DNA of 64,000 nt from Candidatus Heimdallarchaeota archaeon (GCA_030603365.1 JAUVXV010000003.1:288001-352000); one strand, 5' to 3'; numbered from the stretch's first letter, positions 9,812 to 20,726 are shown. Translations and numbers: made by a program. Notes: generated from the sequence alone by a model not told the origin.

Positions 9812-10438
9812 TTGATGAGAATTTCATCTTCCCTATCTCTTCTAGCTTGCACTATTGGATTCTTAACCTTACTAATTCCTGTTTTATATGATAACCAAGG
9901 TTTTGCTTTAACTTGGATGGATATCCAAGAAACACCACCATTATGGATTTTTATCTTTACAACTCTGATTATTGCAGCTCATGATATAAAATGGGTAGAT
10001 GGGATTAAGTTCATTAGAAAATCCGATGTTAGACTTTTCAGAATTGTACTAATTGCTATTGCCATAGTAATGGCATATGCTATGGAATTGTCAGTTAATG
10101 TTAAATTAACTAATGATACTTTCTGGCAGTCTGCAATATATTTTGATGTTCCTAATGAAACTAATGTCTTGTTGGAATATAGTGTCCTTTATTACGATAT
10201 GAAGATTGTAAGAGTTTTTGATATCACTTTTAACACTGAATTGGTTTATTCTGTTTTTTCACCTACTAATCATGTTTTAATTTTCAAAAATTTCGCAGGT
10301 TTAGGATATCACTTAATGAGAGCATGTAGATTGATACTTATTTTTGCACTTATCTCGTCATTTCTAGAAAGAAGTCTAAGAATTTCCCAGATTTTACAGA
10401 AAGTTGATAGAAGTCTGTTTGAAAAATCTAAGCCTTGA
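9812..10438 (+). CDS. Hypothetical membrane protein
   Basis: About 4 hydrophobic segments; TATA-like AAATATATAA at 9781-9790. Confidence 0.65.
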   Translation: MMRISSSLSLLACTIGFLTLLIPVLYDNQGFALTWMDIQETPPLWIFIFTTLIIAAHDIKWVDGIKFIRKSDVRLFRIVLIAIAIVMAYAMELSVNVKLTNDTFWQSAIYFDVPNETNVLLEYSVLYYDMKIVRVFDITFNTELVYSVFSPTNHVLIFKNFAGLGYHLMRACRLILIFALISSFLERSLRISQILQKVDRSLFEKSKP

Positions 10439-10498
10439 TGAAAATAGTTTTTAATCCTCTTTCTTTTCCATTCTATAGCAATTCGTGCGTAGATACAT

Positions 10499-11560
10499 AT
10501 GACTTCCTACTTATTTGTACCTTACATCGCTTTACTCGTTTTAGATGATACAGGAATGTCATTACGTTGCACAAATCCAATACCTGAAATTTCTAAAGAA
10601 GAGATTATGGGTATAGGAAATTTCTACAGTCCTGTGGTTTCAGCTTCATCCCCCAATTTAGAGATATATGGGCCTCTTCCAATACCTCATTTTGAAAAAT
10701 ACCATCTACTTATAGTAACTTTCAGGAAGAAAGATTCTCTTGTAGTTGATCCTAGAACCAAATATAAAGTAAGTCTCTCATTTTGTCAGTTATTGATCTT
10801 TTATAAAAAAGAATGTGATGAAAAAGTAAAATTCGGTCATAGCCAGATTTATACTACAGTTGATATTTTTCTACAGGAATTTGATGATGTAGCCTCAATT
10901 GGTGATAATGAATTATTGAAACTAAGTGAAATGCTTATCGAAAATGTTTTGCTAGATGATCAAATTAAATCCAAAAGCATTGAAGATATTGTCAGAGACA
11001 TCGCTTCCAGGTTCAATACAATTCAACAAATATCAAATTTACTTAATAGAAGAACGAAAATTGGGATAATTTCATCAGATTCTCTTTCCTATAATTTGAT
11101 TATTCAAGCTTTATTCCATTTTCAGAATATTGACTTCATTTACCAACTAGATAGAAATGAGTTCATAACTCGTATTGATACTTATTTTATGAGGATAGTT
11201 CTAACTCTCCTATTTGATGCAGAGAAAATTGTAGGAAAAGATTTTTTCAGAGAGATGGATTATTATGTTTATCTCGCATCTTGTGAAGAAGAGCAAAGTT
11301 GTAAAAGTCATATCGAGAACATAGACTCTTTATTCGAAAGGGATCCAAAAGCGAAAGTGTATTTTGTAACCACTGAACGTGCAGAGCAACTTCCTTTGGC
11401 GCATAAGAAATATTTATTTGAAGAATCTGAAAAGAGGAAAAATCTGAAACTAATGATCTCAGTAGGTGATGTTTTTAGAACCCTTGATAATGCAATTTAT
11501 CTCATTTTGAACGATATTCTTGAATTAAGAAAAATAATTTTAGGTCATGGAAAACAATAA
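10499..11560 (+). CDS. Hypothetical protein: longin/uDENN-like N-domain plus degenerate small-GTPase-like C-domain
   Basis: N-domain with YGPLPIP...DPR motif recalled from Asgard proteins; C-domain alpha/beta pattern KIGIIS...FFREMDYYVYL...KVYFVTT without a P-loop. Confidence 0.45.
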   Translation: MTSYLFVPYIALLVLDDTGMSLRCTNPIPEISKEEIMGIGNFYSPVVSASSPNLEIYGPLPIPHFEKYHLLIVTFRKKDSLVVDPRTKYKVSLSFCQLLIFYKKECDEKVKFGHSQIYTTVDIFLQEFDDVASIGDNELLKLSEMLIENVLLDDQIKSKSIEDIVRDIASRFNTIQQISNLLNRRTKIGIISSDSLSYNLIIQALFHFQNIDFIYQLDRNEFITRIDTYFMRIVLTLLFDAEKIVGKDFFREMDYYVYLASCEEEQSCKSHIENIDSLFERDPKAKVYFVTTERAEQLPLAHKKYLFEESEKRKNLKLMISVGDVFRTLDNAIYLILNDILELRKIILGHGKQ

Positions 11561-11684
11561 ATTTACTCGTGTTTTCTATCACGAATAACTGCGATAGGTT
11601 TTAAGAAACAATGTGTAAGAACTGCTGAAATTTGGAACCGCAAGAAAGTTTTTAATGCAAGAAATTTTCTTAAGATTGATTATT

Positions 11685-13634
11685 ATGGTAGTTTTTGAAG
11701 TTAATGAAGTAACTCTATATAAAATGGGTATTGGATGGTTAAGTTCTCAAGCATCATTTAAAGAGAAAGAAGTTAATTTTCCAGTTCTTGTTAAGAATCA
11801 AGATGATTTTCTTAAAACATTTCATGTTGAAGTAGCTGGAGATATATTATTGTCTTCTATAGCTTTTGATACTGAAGAAAGCAAAGGTCTTGAAATAGAT
11901 CAAGATGGAGATGCACTAACATCTATACTAAATCTTCTCTCAGGATCAAGAGTGACTGTAGATACTAAGGATGAGAAAAACATCGAAGGCAAACTCATTG
12001 GATATCAGATGATAGAAGTCAGTGAAAACACTTCTAATTTGGAAATTATTCTTTTAACTGATGATTATAAGATTAATCATATTTCATCAAATGAATTACA
12101 GAATATTCTACCCAAAGAAGAATTCTTTAAGAAAACGCTCGAAGAACAAATTGATTTACTTTCCAGAAGTAAAAAAGAAAATGTGAAAAATATCAAGATT
12201 AATTTTACTGATGAAGGAGAAAAGGATGTTACTCTTTCATATCTTTCTGAACTTCCTGCCTGGTTATCTTCATATCGAATCTATAATCTAGATGATAAAA
12301 ATGCTGTTTTTGAACTCTGGAGTTTAGTGACGAATAACTCACAGCAGGATTGGATAGATGCAAAAATCCACCTCATTACTGGATTGCCTCTGTCTTTTAG
12401 ATATGATATAAGCTCACCTTGGATTATCGATAGACCTTTCGTTCAAAGACCTAAGCAAATGGGAATCAATGTTATGACACCTGAAGCAGATTTTGATAGG
12501 GAAATAGCTAAAGAAGTAATGTCTCCTCCTTCATCAATGCCTGCATCAATAGGTAGAGCTAAGAAGATGAAAAGGTCTGCAAAAGCTTTAGCAACCACTG
12601 GTTATGGAGAAGAACCAGCAGAGGAATTATATGACTATGTATCAGTTTCTGAAGATTCTGCAGATGTTATCACTTCCACTGAAAGTGTTTCTTTTAGTCT
12701 AAAGCAATTGGTTACAATAAAAAAAGGAGAATCTGCTCTGTTACTTCTTCACTCCGCAAATATACCAAAAGAAACCATAAATATCTATAATCAACAGCAG
12801 CATGCTGTTCATCCATTCAGATCAATAGAAGTTGAAAATACTGTGGGTTATGGATGGGAAGCTGGACCAGTTACACTTTATGAAAGAGGAATCTATGCCG
12901 GAGAATCGATGCTTCCTCGAGTTCCAAAAGGAGACAAGCAAATCATTCCATATCTCGTTGAACAAGATATGATGATAAAGCAAGAAGAATTCAGCACAAT
13001 GAAGAAAATTGGTATAGCATTATCTAATCAATTTTATGTTGAAACATATCTTAACACTAAGACATTCAAACTAGCAATAGACAATAAAAGCGAGGAAGAA
13101 CTAACAGTTCTTGCTGAAGTACCAAAACTATATGGATACAAACTAAATAAGAAAAAGATGAAATTCGATTCTACTGAAACACCTAATTTCTTCCGAATAA
13201 AGATCACAATTGAGCCAAAAACAACTATTAAACTTGAGATTCCTACAGAAAGAAAAACTTCTGAAAGTGTTTCTATTGCATCAATATCTGATGATTATTT
13301 AGATGAACTGCTAAAACTAGAAACTTTGAAAGCTAATCAACTAACTATTTTAAAGAAAATAAAGCAATTACGTAAAGATAAATACAAAATTAATGAACAG
13401 ATTGATTCTGAACAATCCAACCTTAAAAGAATTGATAATGAATATCAACGAATAACTCAATCGATTAAAGTTCTTACAAGTGAAGGGGATGAAGCTAAAA
13501 CAAGATCCAAGTATGTTGAAAGAATGAATAATCTATTCGAAACGATGGAAGAAAAAAGAAAACTTCTAGAGGATCAACAGAATAGATTGGATAAGATAGA
13601 CGAAGAAATCTATAAATTGTTAGATGATCTTTAA
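11685..13634 (+). CDS. DUF4139-family protein with C-terminal coiled coil
   Basis: VTLYKMGIGW, DDFLKT, LSYLSELPAWLSSYRI, VTNNSQQDW, GPVTLYERGIYAGE motifs. ATG at 11685 preferred. Confidence 0.75.
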   Translation: MVVFEVNEVTLYKMGIGWLSSQASFKEKEVNFPVLVKNQDDFLKTFHVEVAGDILLSSIAFDTEESKGLEIDQDGDALTSILNLLSGSRVTVDTKDEKNIEGKLIGYQMIEVSENTSNLEIILLTDDYKINHISSNELQNILPKEEFFKKTLEEQIDLLSRSKKENVKNIKINFTDEGEKDVTLSYLSELPAWLSSYRIYNLDDKNAVFELWSLVTNNSQQDWIDAKIHLITGLPLSFRYDISSPWIIDRPFVQRPKQMGINVMTPEADFDREIAKEVMSPPSSMPASIGRAKKMKRSAKALATTGYGEEPAEELYDYVSVSEDSADVITSTESVSFSLKQLVTIKKGESALLLLHSANIPKETINIYNQQQHAVHPFRSIEVENTVGYGWEAGPVTLYERGIYAGESMLPRVPKGDKQIIPYLVEQDMMIKQEEFSTMKKIGIALSNQFYVETYLNTKTFKLAIDNKSEEELTVLAEVPKLYGYKLNKKKMKFDSTETPNFFRIKITIEPKTTIKLEIPTERKTSESVSIASISDDYLDELLKLETLKANQLTILKKIKQLRKDKYKINEQIDSEQSNLKRIDNEYQRITQSIKVLTSEGDEAKTRSKYVERMNNLFETMEEKRKLLEDQQNRLDKIDEEIYKLLDDL

Positions 13635-13648
13635 CTCTATTTTATTCC

Positions 13649-14386
13649 TTATTTATTCAATTTTACTCTACTTTCTAACCAGTCATCAATTTCGTTAAAC
13701 AGCTGTTTTCTACCAGCATCTTTTGGAATTACATGTCCTCCTTTTAAGATTTTAACAATTTTTTTATCTTCTGAATTGACTCGATTAAAAATCTTCTCAG
13801 CATGCTTGTAAGGAATGCTAGGATCTTTTTCTGCATATACTATTAAAATTGGGATTTCTATCTCCTTGATCTTTTGTTTGTTGATTTTAAAAAGTTTAAA
13901 CAGCTGTTGTACACTTTTGATTGGATAATATCCGTAGCTTTTATGGGTCTTTAATGAATTGACATCTTCCCATCCTTTTTCCTTATTCTTGTGAAGAGGA
14001 TAAATTAAGTGTACTATAGGAAAATAAGCTAATAAATTCATCCTCCAATCAGGTGAAAACGCAGGTGCTGCTAGAACTATTATGCCTTCAATGTCAGGAT
14101 TAGTAGCTCCAAGATATAACGTTATTGCGCCCCCTAAAGATAACCCACACACAAAGACTTTCTTGAATCTTTGTTTCAAACCATTTAATTTCTCTTGAGC
14201 ATAATCTGTAAATTCAAACCACTTTCGATTTTGTAAATCTTCTATAGAAGTTTCATGCCCTGGAAGAACAATATTTTCCACATAAAATTCTCTATTCCTT
14301 AGGTACTTGGCTAAAGGTTCCATTTCATAGTGGGTTCCAGTGAATCCATGAACCAGAAGAAATGCTCTATTCGAACCTTTTTCCAT
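13649..14386 (-). CDS. Carboxylesterase / monoacylglycerol lipase-like alpha/beta hydrolase
   Basis: LVHGFTG, LPGH, GLSLGG nucleophile elbow, catalytic D and H (GGHVI). Confidence 0.9.
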   Translation of the reverse strand: MEKGSNRAFLLVHGFTGTHYEMEPLAKYLRNREFYVENIVLPGHETSIEDLQNRKWFEFTDYAQEKLNGLKQRFKKVFVCGLSLGGAITLYLGATNPDIEGIIVLAAPAFSPDWRMNLLAYFPIVHLIYPLHKNKEKGWEDVNSLKTHKSYGYYPIKSVQQLFKLFKINKQKIKEIEIPILIVYAEKDPSIPYKHAEKIFNRVNSEDKKIVKILKGGHVIPKDAGRKQLFNEIDDWLESRVKLNK

Positions 14387-14491
14387 GTATGCGTATCTCC
14401 TTGTTGCTTAATAAAAATATCTAGCAGAATAAAACAGAAAAAGTTTAGAGTTATTAGAAAAACTCAAAAAGAACAACACCTAAGGTATTTC

Positions 14492-15109
14492 GTGATAAAC
14501 ACTCCTACATTCTGGGTATTAATTGGAATCATGTCAACTGTGGTTCTTATCTGGTTAATTTTGGTAATTTATAGAAGAATAAGATATGAGGTCTTTTTAG
14601 TAATTGGATTTATGCTTATAATCCTCTCTCTAACTCTCACAGATGAGTATTCAGGGCTTTATGCCTTATCAAACCAAAATGAACTTATTTATCAAATTTT
14701 TGCATTGGTAATTTCTTCATTAGCCTTATCTTTAATAATTTTAGGCTTATTCTCATCAAATAAAAGATGGATCAAGAAAAGAGGAACTGACAATCTTAAT
14801 AGTTTTAGAAATTTAGCTTTTTTTGCATATGTACGCCATCCAATAACCTTCGGTTCTATGCTGATTTCAATTTCCATGATGCTATTAATACATTCAATTC
14901 TTTCCAATGTTCTTGCAGGTTTAGCTCTAATAATCTTCACAATATCTTCTTTCGAAAAAGATGCTTTTTTGCAGAAGTTATATGGTTATCCTTACAAGGT
15001 TTATTCTCGACAAGTCCCTCGATTTAACATCTTTCATGGACTATTACGATCTTTCATCGTTGGTGAAAAGAAGAAAGGTAAAAATGATGATGTTATAATC
15101 TATGATTAA
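14492..15109 (+). CDS. Isoprenylcysteine carboxyl methyltransferase / PEMT-family membrane protein
   Basis: FAYVRHPI motif and E-x3-L...YGYPYKVYSRQVPRF C-terminal motif. GTG at 14492 preferred because the ORF-track start overlaps the divergent gene. Confidence 0.8.
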   Translation: MINTPTFWVLIGIMSTVVLIWLILVIYRRIRYEVFLVIGFMLIILSLTLTDEYSGLYALSNQNELIYQIFALVISSLALSLIILGLFSSNKRWIKKRGTDNLNSFRNLAFFAYVRHPITFGSMLISISMMLLIHSILSNVLAGLALIIFTISSFEKDAFLQKLYGYPYKVYSRQVPRFNIFHGLLRSFIVGEKKKGKNDDVIIYD

Positions 15110-15132
15110 AAATTGAAACCAATTCTCAATAA

Positions 15133-15585
15133 TTATTTTATTATTTCTTTTATTATTGCAGGGCAGATGTCTACTATGCCTTCAATGTTTTCAATCTTCT
15201 CTATGAAAGAATTTAGTTCTTCATCATTTTTCATCCAGCATTCAAGCATAAGCATATGATCTCCACTTGACGAATATACTCTTAAAATCTCATCTATTTT
15301 TTTTAGCTTTTGAATAATCGAAATATACGTTTGAGGTGTTGTATCAATACCTAATAGAACTCTCATACCAAAACCTAATTTTTTTGGATTAACATCGATG
15401 GAATATCTTTCAATTATACCCTCCTTTTCCATCCTTCTGACACGTTTTCTGACAGCTGTTTCTGTTACTTTAAGTTCCTTTGCTATATCAACAAAAGATT
15501 TTCTACTATTCTTTAGTAGCAACTGAATTATATCATAATCAGAAATTTTATTTTGTCTTGGTAAAGCGTCTGATATTCGAACCAC
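15133..15585 (-). CDS. Lrp/AsnC family transcriptional regulator
   Basis: [31 protein letters not shown] and a RAM domain (SSGDHML); divergent from the peroxiredoxin. Confidence 0.93.
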   Translation of the reverse strand: MVRISDALPRQNKISDYDIIQLLLKNSRKSFVDIAKELKVTETAVRKRVRRMEKEGIIERYSIDVNPKKLGFGMRVLLGIDTTPQTYISIIQKLKKIDEILRVYSSSGDHMLMLECWMKNDEELNSFIEKIENIEGIVDICPAIIKEIIK

Positions 15586-15645
15586 CTATTTTTGAAAATC
15601 GAAAAGATTTATAAAAGGATTCTCATTTTACAAATTAGTGATAAA

Positions 15646-16314
15646 ATGACTTTAAAAGAGTATGAAGAAACTGGTAAAATACCACTTATAGGAACTGAAT
15701 TTCCGAAGATGGTTGTTACTACAACTCATGGAATGAGAAAATTACCTGGTGATTACAAAGGAAAATGGTTGATTTTATTCAGTCATCCTGCTGACTATAC
15801 CCCTGTTTGTACAACAGAGTTTGTTTCTTTCCAGAAACACTATGATGAATTTCAAGAAATGAATACAGAATTACTTGGTTTAAGTATTGACCAAGTTTTC
15901 AGCCACATAAAATGGGTAGATTGGATTAAAGAAAAACTTGATGTTGAGATTAAGTTCCCAATTATTGCTGATCATGGCGAAATAGCTAGGAGATTAGGCA
16001 TGCTTCATGCTAAAGGTAGTAATACTGTGAGGGCTGTCTTTATTCTTGATCCTAAGGGCATCGTTAGAGCTATTCTCTATTATCCTTCAGAATTAGGAAG
16101 GAATATGAAAGAAATAGTAAGAATGATTAAAGCATTAAGAATTGCTTCTCAGCATGATGTTGCAATGCCTGCAAATTGGCCTGAAAATGAATTGTTTGGT
16201 GATGATGTAATAGTTCCACCTGCTAGTGATGTTGAGACAGCTAAAGAGCGTCTTAAGGATGATTCTATTACCTGCCTTGATTGGTGGCTTTGCCACAAAA
16301 AGAGACCAGCTTAA
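15646..16314 (+). CDS. Peroxiredoxin (archaeal Prx6-type)
   Basis: [15 protein letters not shown] peroxidatic motif, GRNMKEI, PANWP and C-terminal CLDWWLC. ATG at 15646. Confidence 0.95.
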   Translation: MTLKEYEETGKIPLIGTEFPKMVVTTTHGMRKLPGDYKGKWLILFSHPADYTPVCTTEFVSFQKHYDEFQEMNTELLGLSIDQVFSHIKWVDWIKEKLDVEIKFPIIADHGEIARRLGMLHAKGSNTVRAVFILDPKGIVRAILYYPSELGRNMKEIVRMIKALRIASQHDVAMPANWPENELFGDDVIVPPASDVETAKERLKDDSITCLDWWLCHKKRPA

Positions 16315-16346
16315 TTCTCTTTTTCTTTCTTTTTATTCTTGTTTTT
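16315..16346 (+). terminator. Oligo-T/pyrimidine-rich archaeal terminator after peroxiredoxin
   Basis: TTCTCTTTTTCTTTCTTTTTATTCTTGTTTTT directly after the stop codon. Confidence 0.5.
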
Positions 16347-16381
16347 GGAAAATAAATATAATCTAGTATATTTTACCCTAG

Positions 16382-17227
16382 TTGATGAGTTTCAAGATAG
16401 ATTATGTTGTTACTAACGATGATCCCGAAGTAAAAATTCGTTTAGCTCTTTTTGATTCCAAGAATACTGATTATAAAAACAGAAACATAATAATTATTCC
16501 TGGTTGGTTAAGTGCAATTGATAATTATACTCCGATGGCTGAAGCTCTGCAAGAATACGGGAATGCTATTATCTATGAACCAAGAGGTTTTGGAGAATCT
16601 ATAACCCCACACAAAAAAGGTTTGTTTAGTCCAGAAGAGTATAATAAAGAACTGGGGAGAGTAATTGCGCATTTAAAGTTGAAAGATAAAGAATTTTTTA
16701 TTCTGGGGAGTTGTTCTGGTGCTTCTCAAATGTATAATTATTATCTCAATGGTGAAGGATCTAAACCTGCAGTACTAGCTGCTTTTAACTCACAAGAAAA
16801 ATACTCCATGCCATTTTTCATTCCAATACTGGGTGTGATACCCACATTTATCATGAAATTTATTCAAAAAATGATTATATTCATTTATAAATCAATCCTG
16901 AAATTGAGAAGAACAGGTGAATCACCGACTATTACTTGGGCATCTAATAGATTGAAGTTGAATGATGATTGGAGCTTGAGAAGACATGTAATAGAGTTTA
17001 CCAGAAAATATAACATTGTAGGTAGACAAAAAGAAATTGATGTTCCTTTAATTACCTTTACAGCTGAAAAGGATTATTTTGTTAATCCTGAAATCTCTAA
17101 AAAATACTTACATCACAAAGATTCAGCACTTATTATACTAAAAACTGAAATGCATAGAATACATGAAGGAAGAGAAAAGGAAATTGCTAATCATATCCAT
17201 GATTTTCTGATGAAATTAAAGAAGTAA
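16382..17227 (+). CDS. Alpha/beta hydrolase fold protein
   Basis: IIPGW, YEPRGFGES, GSCSG elbow, D and H of the triad near the C-terminus. Confidence 0.8.
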   Translation: MMSFKIDYVVTNDDPEVKIRLALFDSKNTDYKNRNIIIIPGWLSAIDNYTPMAEALQEYGNAIIYEPRGFGESITPHKKGLFSPEEYNKELGRVIAHLKLKDKEFFILGSCSGASQMYNYYLNGEGSKPAVLAAFNSQEKYSMPFFIPILGVIPTFIMKFIQKMIIFIYKSILKLRRTGESPTITWASNRLKLNDDWSLRRHVIEFTRKYNIVGRQKEIDVPLITFTAEKDYFVNPEISKKYLHHKDSALIILKTEMHRIHEGREKEIANHIHDFLMKLKK

Positions 17228-17231
17228 ATTA

Positions 17232-18098
17232 CTAAGAAATATTTGGTAGAAGAGATACTATTATTGTCCCCATTCCAGTGTTACTCCCTATAATAGGTGT
17301 TGCTAGAGTAACAAAACTTCTGTTTATTTTCCTCTTTTTTTCAAGTTTTTTTATGATGATTTGAGCTCCTTTTAGATTATTTACATGACATATTACCATA
17401 TCATAAATGGTTGAACCATCAGTTCCTTTAATCGCTAATTTAGTTAATCTATTCAGCATTGAACGATTTGTAAAGAATCCCGGTAGCCTTGATTCTAAAG
17501 ATCCTGGTCTTTCCATTTCTGCTATTGGTTTAATCCCAATAAGTTTTGTCAAATTAAGTATTATTTTAGATTTCAATCTTCCTGATTTATAGACATTGTC
17601 GAGAGTATGAAATCCAACATTAAGATAATATTTTTCTTTTGCTTTTTCAATTAACTCCTTGATTTCTTCTACTGTTTTACCCTGTTCTGCTAATTCAGCA
17701 ATTGCTAAAGCCACTAATCCTTGAACTCCAGAAGCTGATTCTGTATCAATGATGGTGACTTTATCTTTGTATTCCTTTGCTGCCACTCTAATAGACAGAA
17801 AAGTTGAACTACTTAGATTTTTAGCTACAGAAACACAGAAAACATGATTATAATTTAATTCATCAAGACTTGTTTTAATTTCATTTAGAAAATCTAAAGG
17901 TTCCGGATTTGAGGATGATGGAAGAAAATCTGATTCTTTCAATCTGTCATAGAAATCATCAACTGAAATATCGACTCCCAGTTTCCAAGGTTTGTTCTCA
18001 AAAAAGACTATATGTGGAATTTTCACAATATTATATCTCTCAAGCAACTCCTCTGGCAAATCTGCAGCTGAATCTGTTATTACTCTTATTTTCAACAC
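17232..18098 (-). CDS. DegV family fatty-acid-binding protein
   Basis: ITDSAADLP, PSSSNP, LSSST, IDTESAS, SGRL and IKPI motifs. Confidence 0.92.
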   Translation of the reverse strand: MLKIRVITDSAADLPEELLERYNIVKIPHIVFFENKPWKLGVDISVDDFYDRLKESDFLPSSSNPEPLDFLNEIKTSLDELNYNHVFCVSVAKNLSSSTFLSIRVAAKEYKDKVTIIDTESASGVQGLVALAIAELAEQGKTVEEIKELIEKAKEKYYLNVGFHTLDNVYKSGRLKSKIILNLTKLIGIKPIAEMERPGSLESRLPGFFTNRSMLNRLTKLAIKGTDGSTIYDMVICHVNNLKGAQIIIKKLEKKRKINRSFVTLATPIIGSNTGMGTIIVSLLPNIS

Positions 18099-18190
18099 TA
18101 ATCATACACATATTCTCACATTAAATAAAAAGGGTTTTGTGTCAATTAAGATTTTTCTCAAAACTTATAATCACTAATAGAATAGTATGA

Positions 18191-19957
18191 TTGTTTAATA
18201 TGAATACTAAGAAGATAATTGAATGTGCAATGGCTAATATTAAAGCTAATATAATTTTACGTGGGGGGAAATATGTTAATGTTTACACAAGAGAAATTCT
18301 GAATGGAGATATCGTCATTACTGAAGACAAAATAGTACATATTGGCGAAAAAACCAAGGAATTCGAAGGAGAAAATACTCAAGTTATAGAACTCAGTGAA
18401 GAGGTGATTTGCCCTGGTTTGATAGAATCACATGTCCATATAGAATCTTCTATGTTAACACTCTCAGAATTCACTAAGGCAGTGATTCCTCATGGGACTA
18501 CAACTGCTGTTATTGACCCTCATGAACTAGTTAATGTATCTGGCATTCCTGGATTGGATATTTTGATGGACGAAGCTAAAAGATTACCCATAAGATATTT
18601 GATTGAAGCTCCCTCTTGTGTACCTTCTCTGCCCGGCTTTGAAACCTCAGGAGCGGTTCTGGATAAATCAGATATTGAGAAACTAATGTCTAGAGAGGAT
18701 ATTTTTGCTTTAGCTGAAATGATGAATTATCCCGGTGTATTTTTAGGTTTTGAAGATGTGATTAGCAAATTAGATTCTGCAAAGAAATACGGAAAGATTG
18801 TAGAAGGTCATGCACCATTATTGCAAGGTAAAGAATTACAAGCTTATATTGCAGCAGGTATATCCTCAGATCATGAAGCAACTTCTAGTGAAGAAGCATT
18901 AGAGAAATTGAGATTAGGTATGAAGTTGCAGATTCGTCAAGGTTCTTTTGCAAAAGATCTTGAAAAAATACTAACTGGTTTAAAAAAATATCAAATTGAT
19001 ACTCGAAATATCATCATAGCAAGTGATGATAAAAATCCTGTAGATTTAATGGACGAAGGGCATCTAGACTCAACATATAGATTGATGTTAAAGTCAGGTA
19101 TTGACCCTTTAGAAGCACTTCAGATGCTGACTCTCAATTCTGCTACTCATCTTGGATTGCAAGATCTAATAGGGGGAATTGCTCCTGGAAAAAATGCTGA
19201 CATAATAGTAGTAGATAATCTAGAAAGTTTCAATGTTAAATTAGTAATTTCCAACGGACAAATAGTTTTTGACCAAAATAAAGTTATTATGAAAGAGAAG
19301 TCAAAATCATATCCTAATTTCATTCTAGACACACTTTCAAATCTTCAAATTCCTACTATAGAAGACTTAAAGATTCACACACAGAAAGTAGGTAAAGTTA
19401 ATGTTAAAGTTATTGGGGTGGAAGAACACTCTCTTGTTACACAGAAGTTGACAGCTAACCTGAAAGTTGAAAATGGAATTATTATTCCTGATATAGAAAA
19501 TGATATTCTTCCAATCGTGATTATTAATAGACATACACAAGAGAAGAAAATCGGCAAAGGATTTGTAAAAGGGCTTGGAATAAAAGGAGGCGCTTTGGCT
19601 AGCACAGTTGCTCATGATTGTCATCAATTAATATGCACTGGAACAGATTATACTCTTATGTTAAAAGCAATAGAAACAGTGAAGGAAATGAACGGAGGAC
19701 AAGTTGTAGCAACTAAAGATGGAGTAACTTCCTTACAACTTAATTTTGCTGGAATTATGAGCACTAAACCTTTGGAACAAGTAGTAGAAGAAACAAAAAC
19801 TTTACACAATGCTTTAGAACAATTAAATCCTAGGGTTTCAGAGCCTTTCATGGCTTTAGCTTTTATTGCACTACCAGTTATTCCACATCTGAAAATTACT
19901 GACTTTGGTTTAATTGATGCTGATAAATTTGAGATAGTTGAAGTAGAGAATGATTAA
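18191..19957 (+). CDS. ade: Adenine deaminase
   Basis: PGLIESHVHIESS, DPHE, PSCVP, LAEMMNYPGV, GHAP, SDHE, SDD and AHDCHQ motifs. Confidence 0.95.
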   Translation: MFNMNTKKIIECAMANIKANIILRGGKYVNVYTREILNGDIVITEDKIVHIGEKTKEFEGENTQVIELSEEVICPGLIESHVHIESSMLTLSEFTKAVIPHGTTTAVIDPHELVNVSGIPGLDILMDEAKRLPIRYLIEAPSCVPSLPGFETSGAVLDKSDIEKLMSREDIFALAEMMNYPGVFLGFEDVISKLDSAKKYGKIVEGHAPLLQGKELQAYIAAGISSDHEATSSEEALEKLRLGMKLQIRQGSFAKDLEKILTGLKKYQIDTRNIIIASDDKNPVDLMDEGHLDSTYRLMLKSGIDPLEALQMLTLNSATHLGLQDLIGGIAPGKNADIIVVDNLESFNVKLVISNGQIVFDQNKVIMKEKSKSYPNFILDTLSNLQIPTIEDLKIHTQKVGKVNVKVIGVEEHSLVTQKLTANLKVENGIIIPDIENDILPIVIINRHTQEKKIGKGFVKGLGIKGGALASTVAHDCHQLICTGTDYTLMLKAIETVKEMNGGQVVATKDGVTSLQLNFAGIMSTKPLEQVVEETKTLHNALEQLNPRVSEPFMALAFIALPVIPHLKITDFGLIDADKFEIVEVEND

Positions 19958-20006
19958 TTAAATCTGATTCAAAAAACTTTTAATTTCTCCTATATTCTTC
20001 CAATAT

Positions 20007-20726
20007 ATGACTGAACTACTTTACCAAAAAGATTCGTACATTAGGGAATTCAAAGCTGTAATAACTGAAGTTGTTGATGATTTCGTTGTTTTAGATAGAA
20101 CCGCATTTTCTCCAACTGGAGGTGGTTTAATGTGCGATACTGGAACATTGACTACAGCAAGTAGAGATGTATACAAGGTTGTAGAGGTTATATCTAGAGG
20201 CGGCAAAGTGAAGCATAAATTATCGCCTATACCTGAAGCAGAAATTCAAGGTGGCAAAATTAAGGGTAAAATTGATTGGGAAAAGCGTTACAAACAGATG
20301 AGACTTCATACAACTATACATTCAATTTCAGGAACATTGTATAAAAAATATGGAACTACAGTTACGGGTGGAAATATTACACCTGAGAAGAGTCGTGTCG
20401 AGTTTGATATTGATCATCTAAGACAAGAGAGGGTTCAAGAGATTGAAGAGGCAATGAGAGAAATAATCAATGGAAATCACATGGTAACTGTGTCTTTCTT
20501 AGAGAGAGAAGAAGCTCTGAAAGATCCAGATTTAATTCGAACAAAAGTCAACCTTATTCCTGAAAGTGTTAAGATATTAAGGATAGTTGAAATAGAAACT
20601 GTAGATCGTCAAGCTGATGGTGGGGTTCATGTTAAGAGTACCAAAGAAATAGGTACATTTGTCCCTCTTAAAACCGAAAACAGAGGTAAGGATAAGAAAA
20701 GATTGTATTTTACAGTGCGACCATGA
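20007..20726 (+). CDS. alaXM: Alanyl-tRNA editing protein AlaX-M
   Basis: LYQKDSY, VLDRTAFSPTGGG, MRLHTTIH (HxxxH), QADGGVHV. Confidence 0.9.
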   Translation: MTELLYQKDSYIREFKAVITEVVDDFVVLDRTAFSPTGGGLMCDTGTLTTASRDVYKVVEVISRGGKVKHKLSPIPEAEIQGGKIKGKIDWEKRYKQMRLHTTIHSISGTLYKKYGTTVTGGNITPEKSRVEFDIDHLRQERVQEIEEAMREIINGNHMVTVSFLEREEALKDPDLIRTKVNLIPESVKILRIVEIETVDRQADGGVHVKSTKEIGTFVPLKTENRGKDKKRLYFTVRP

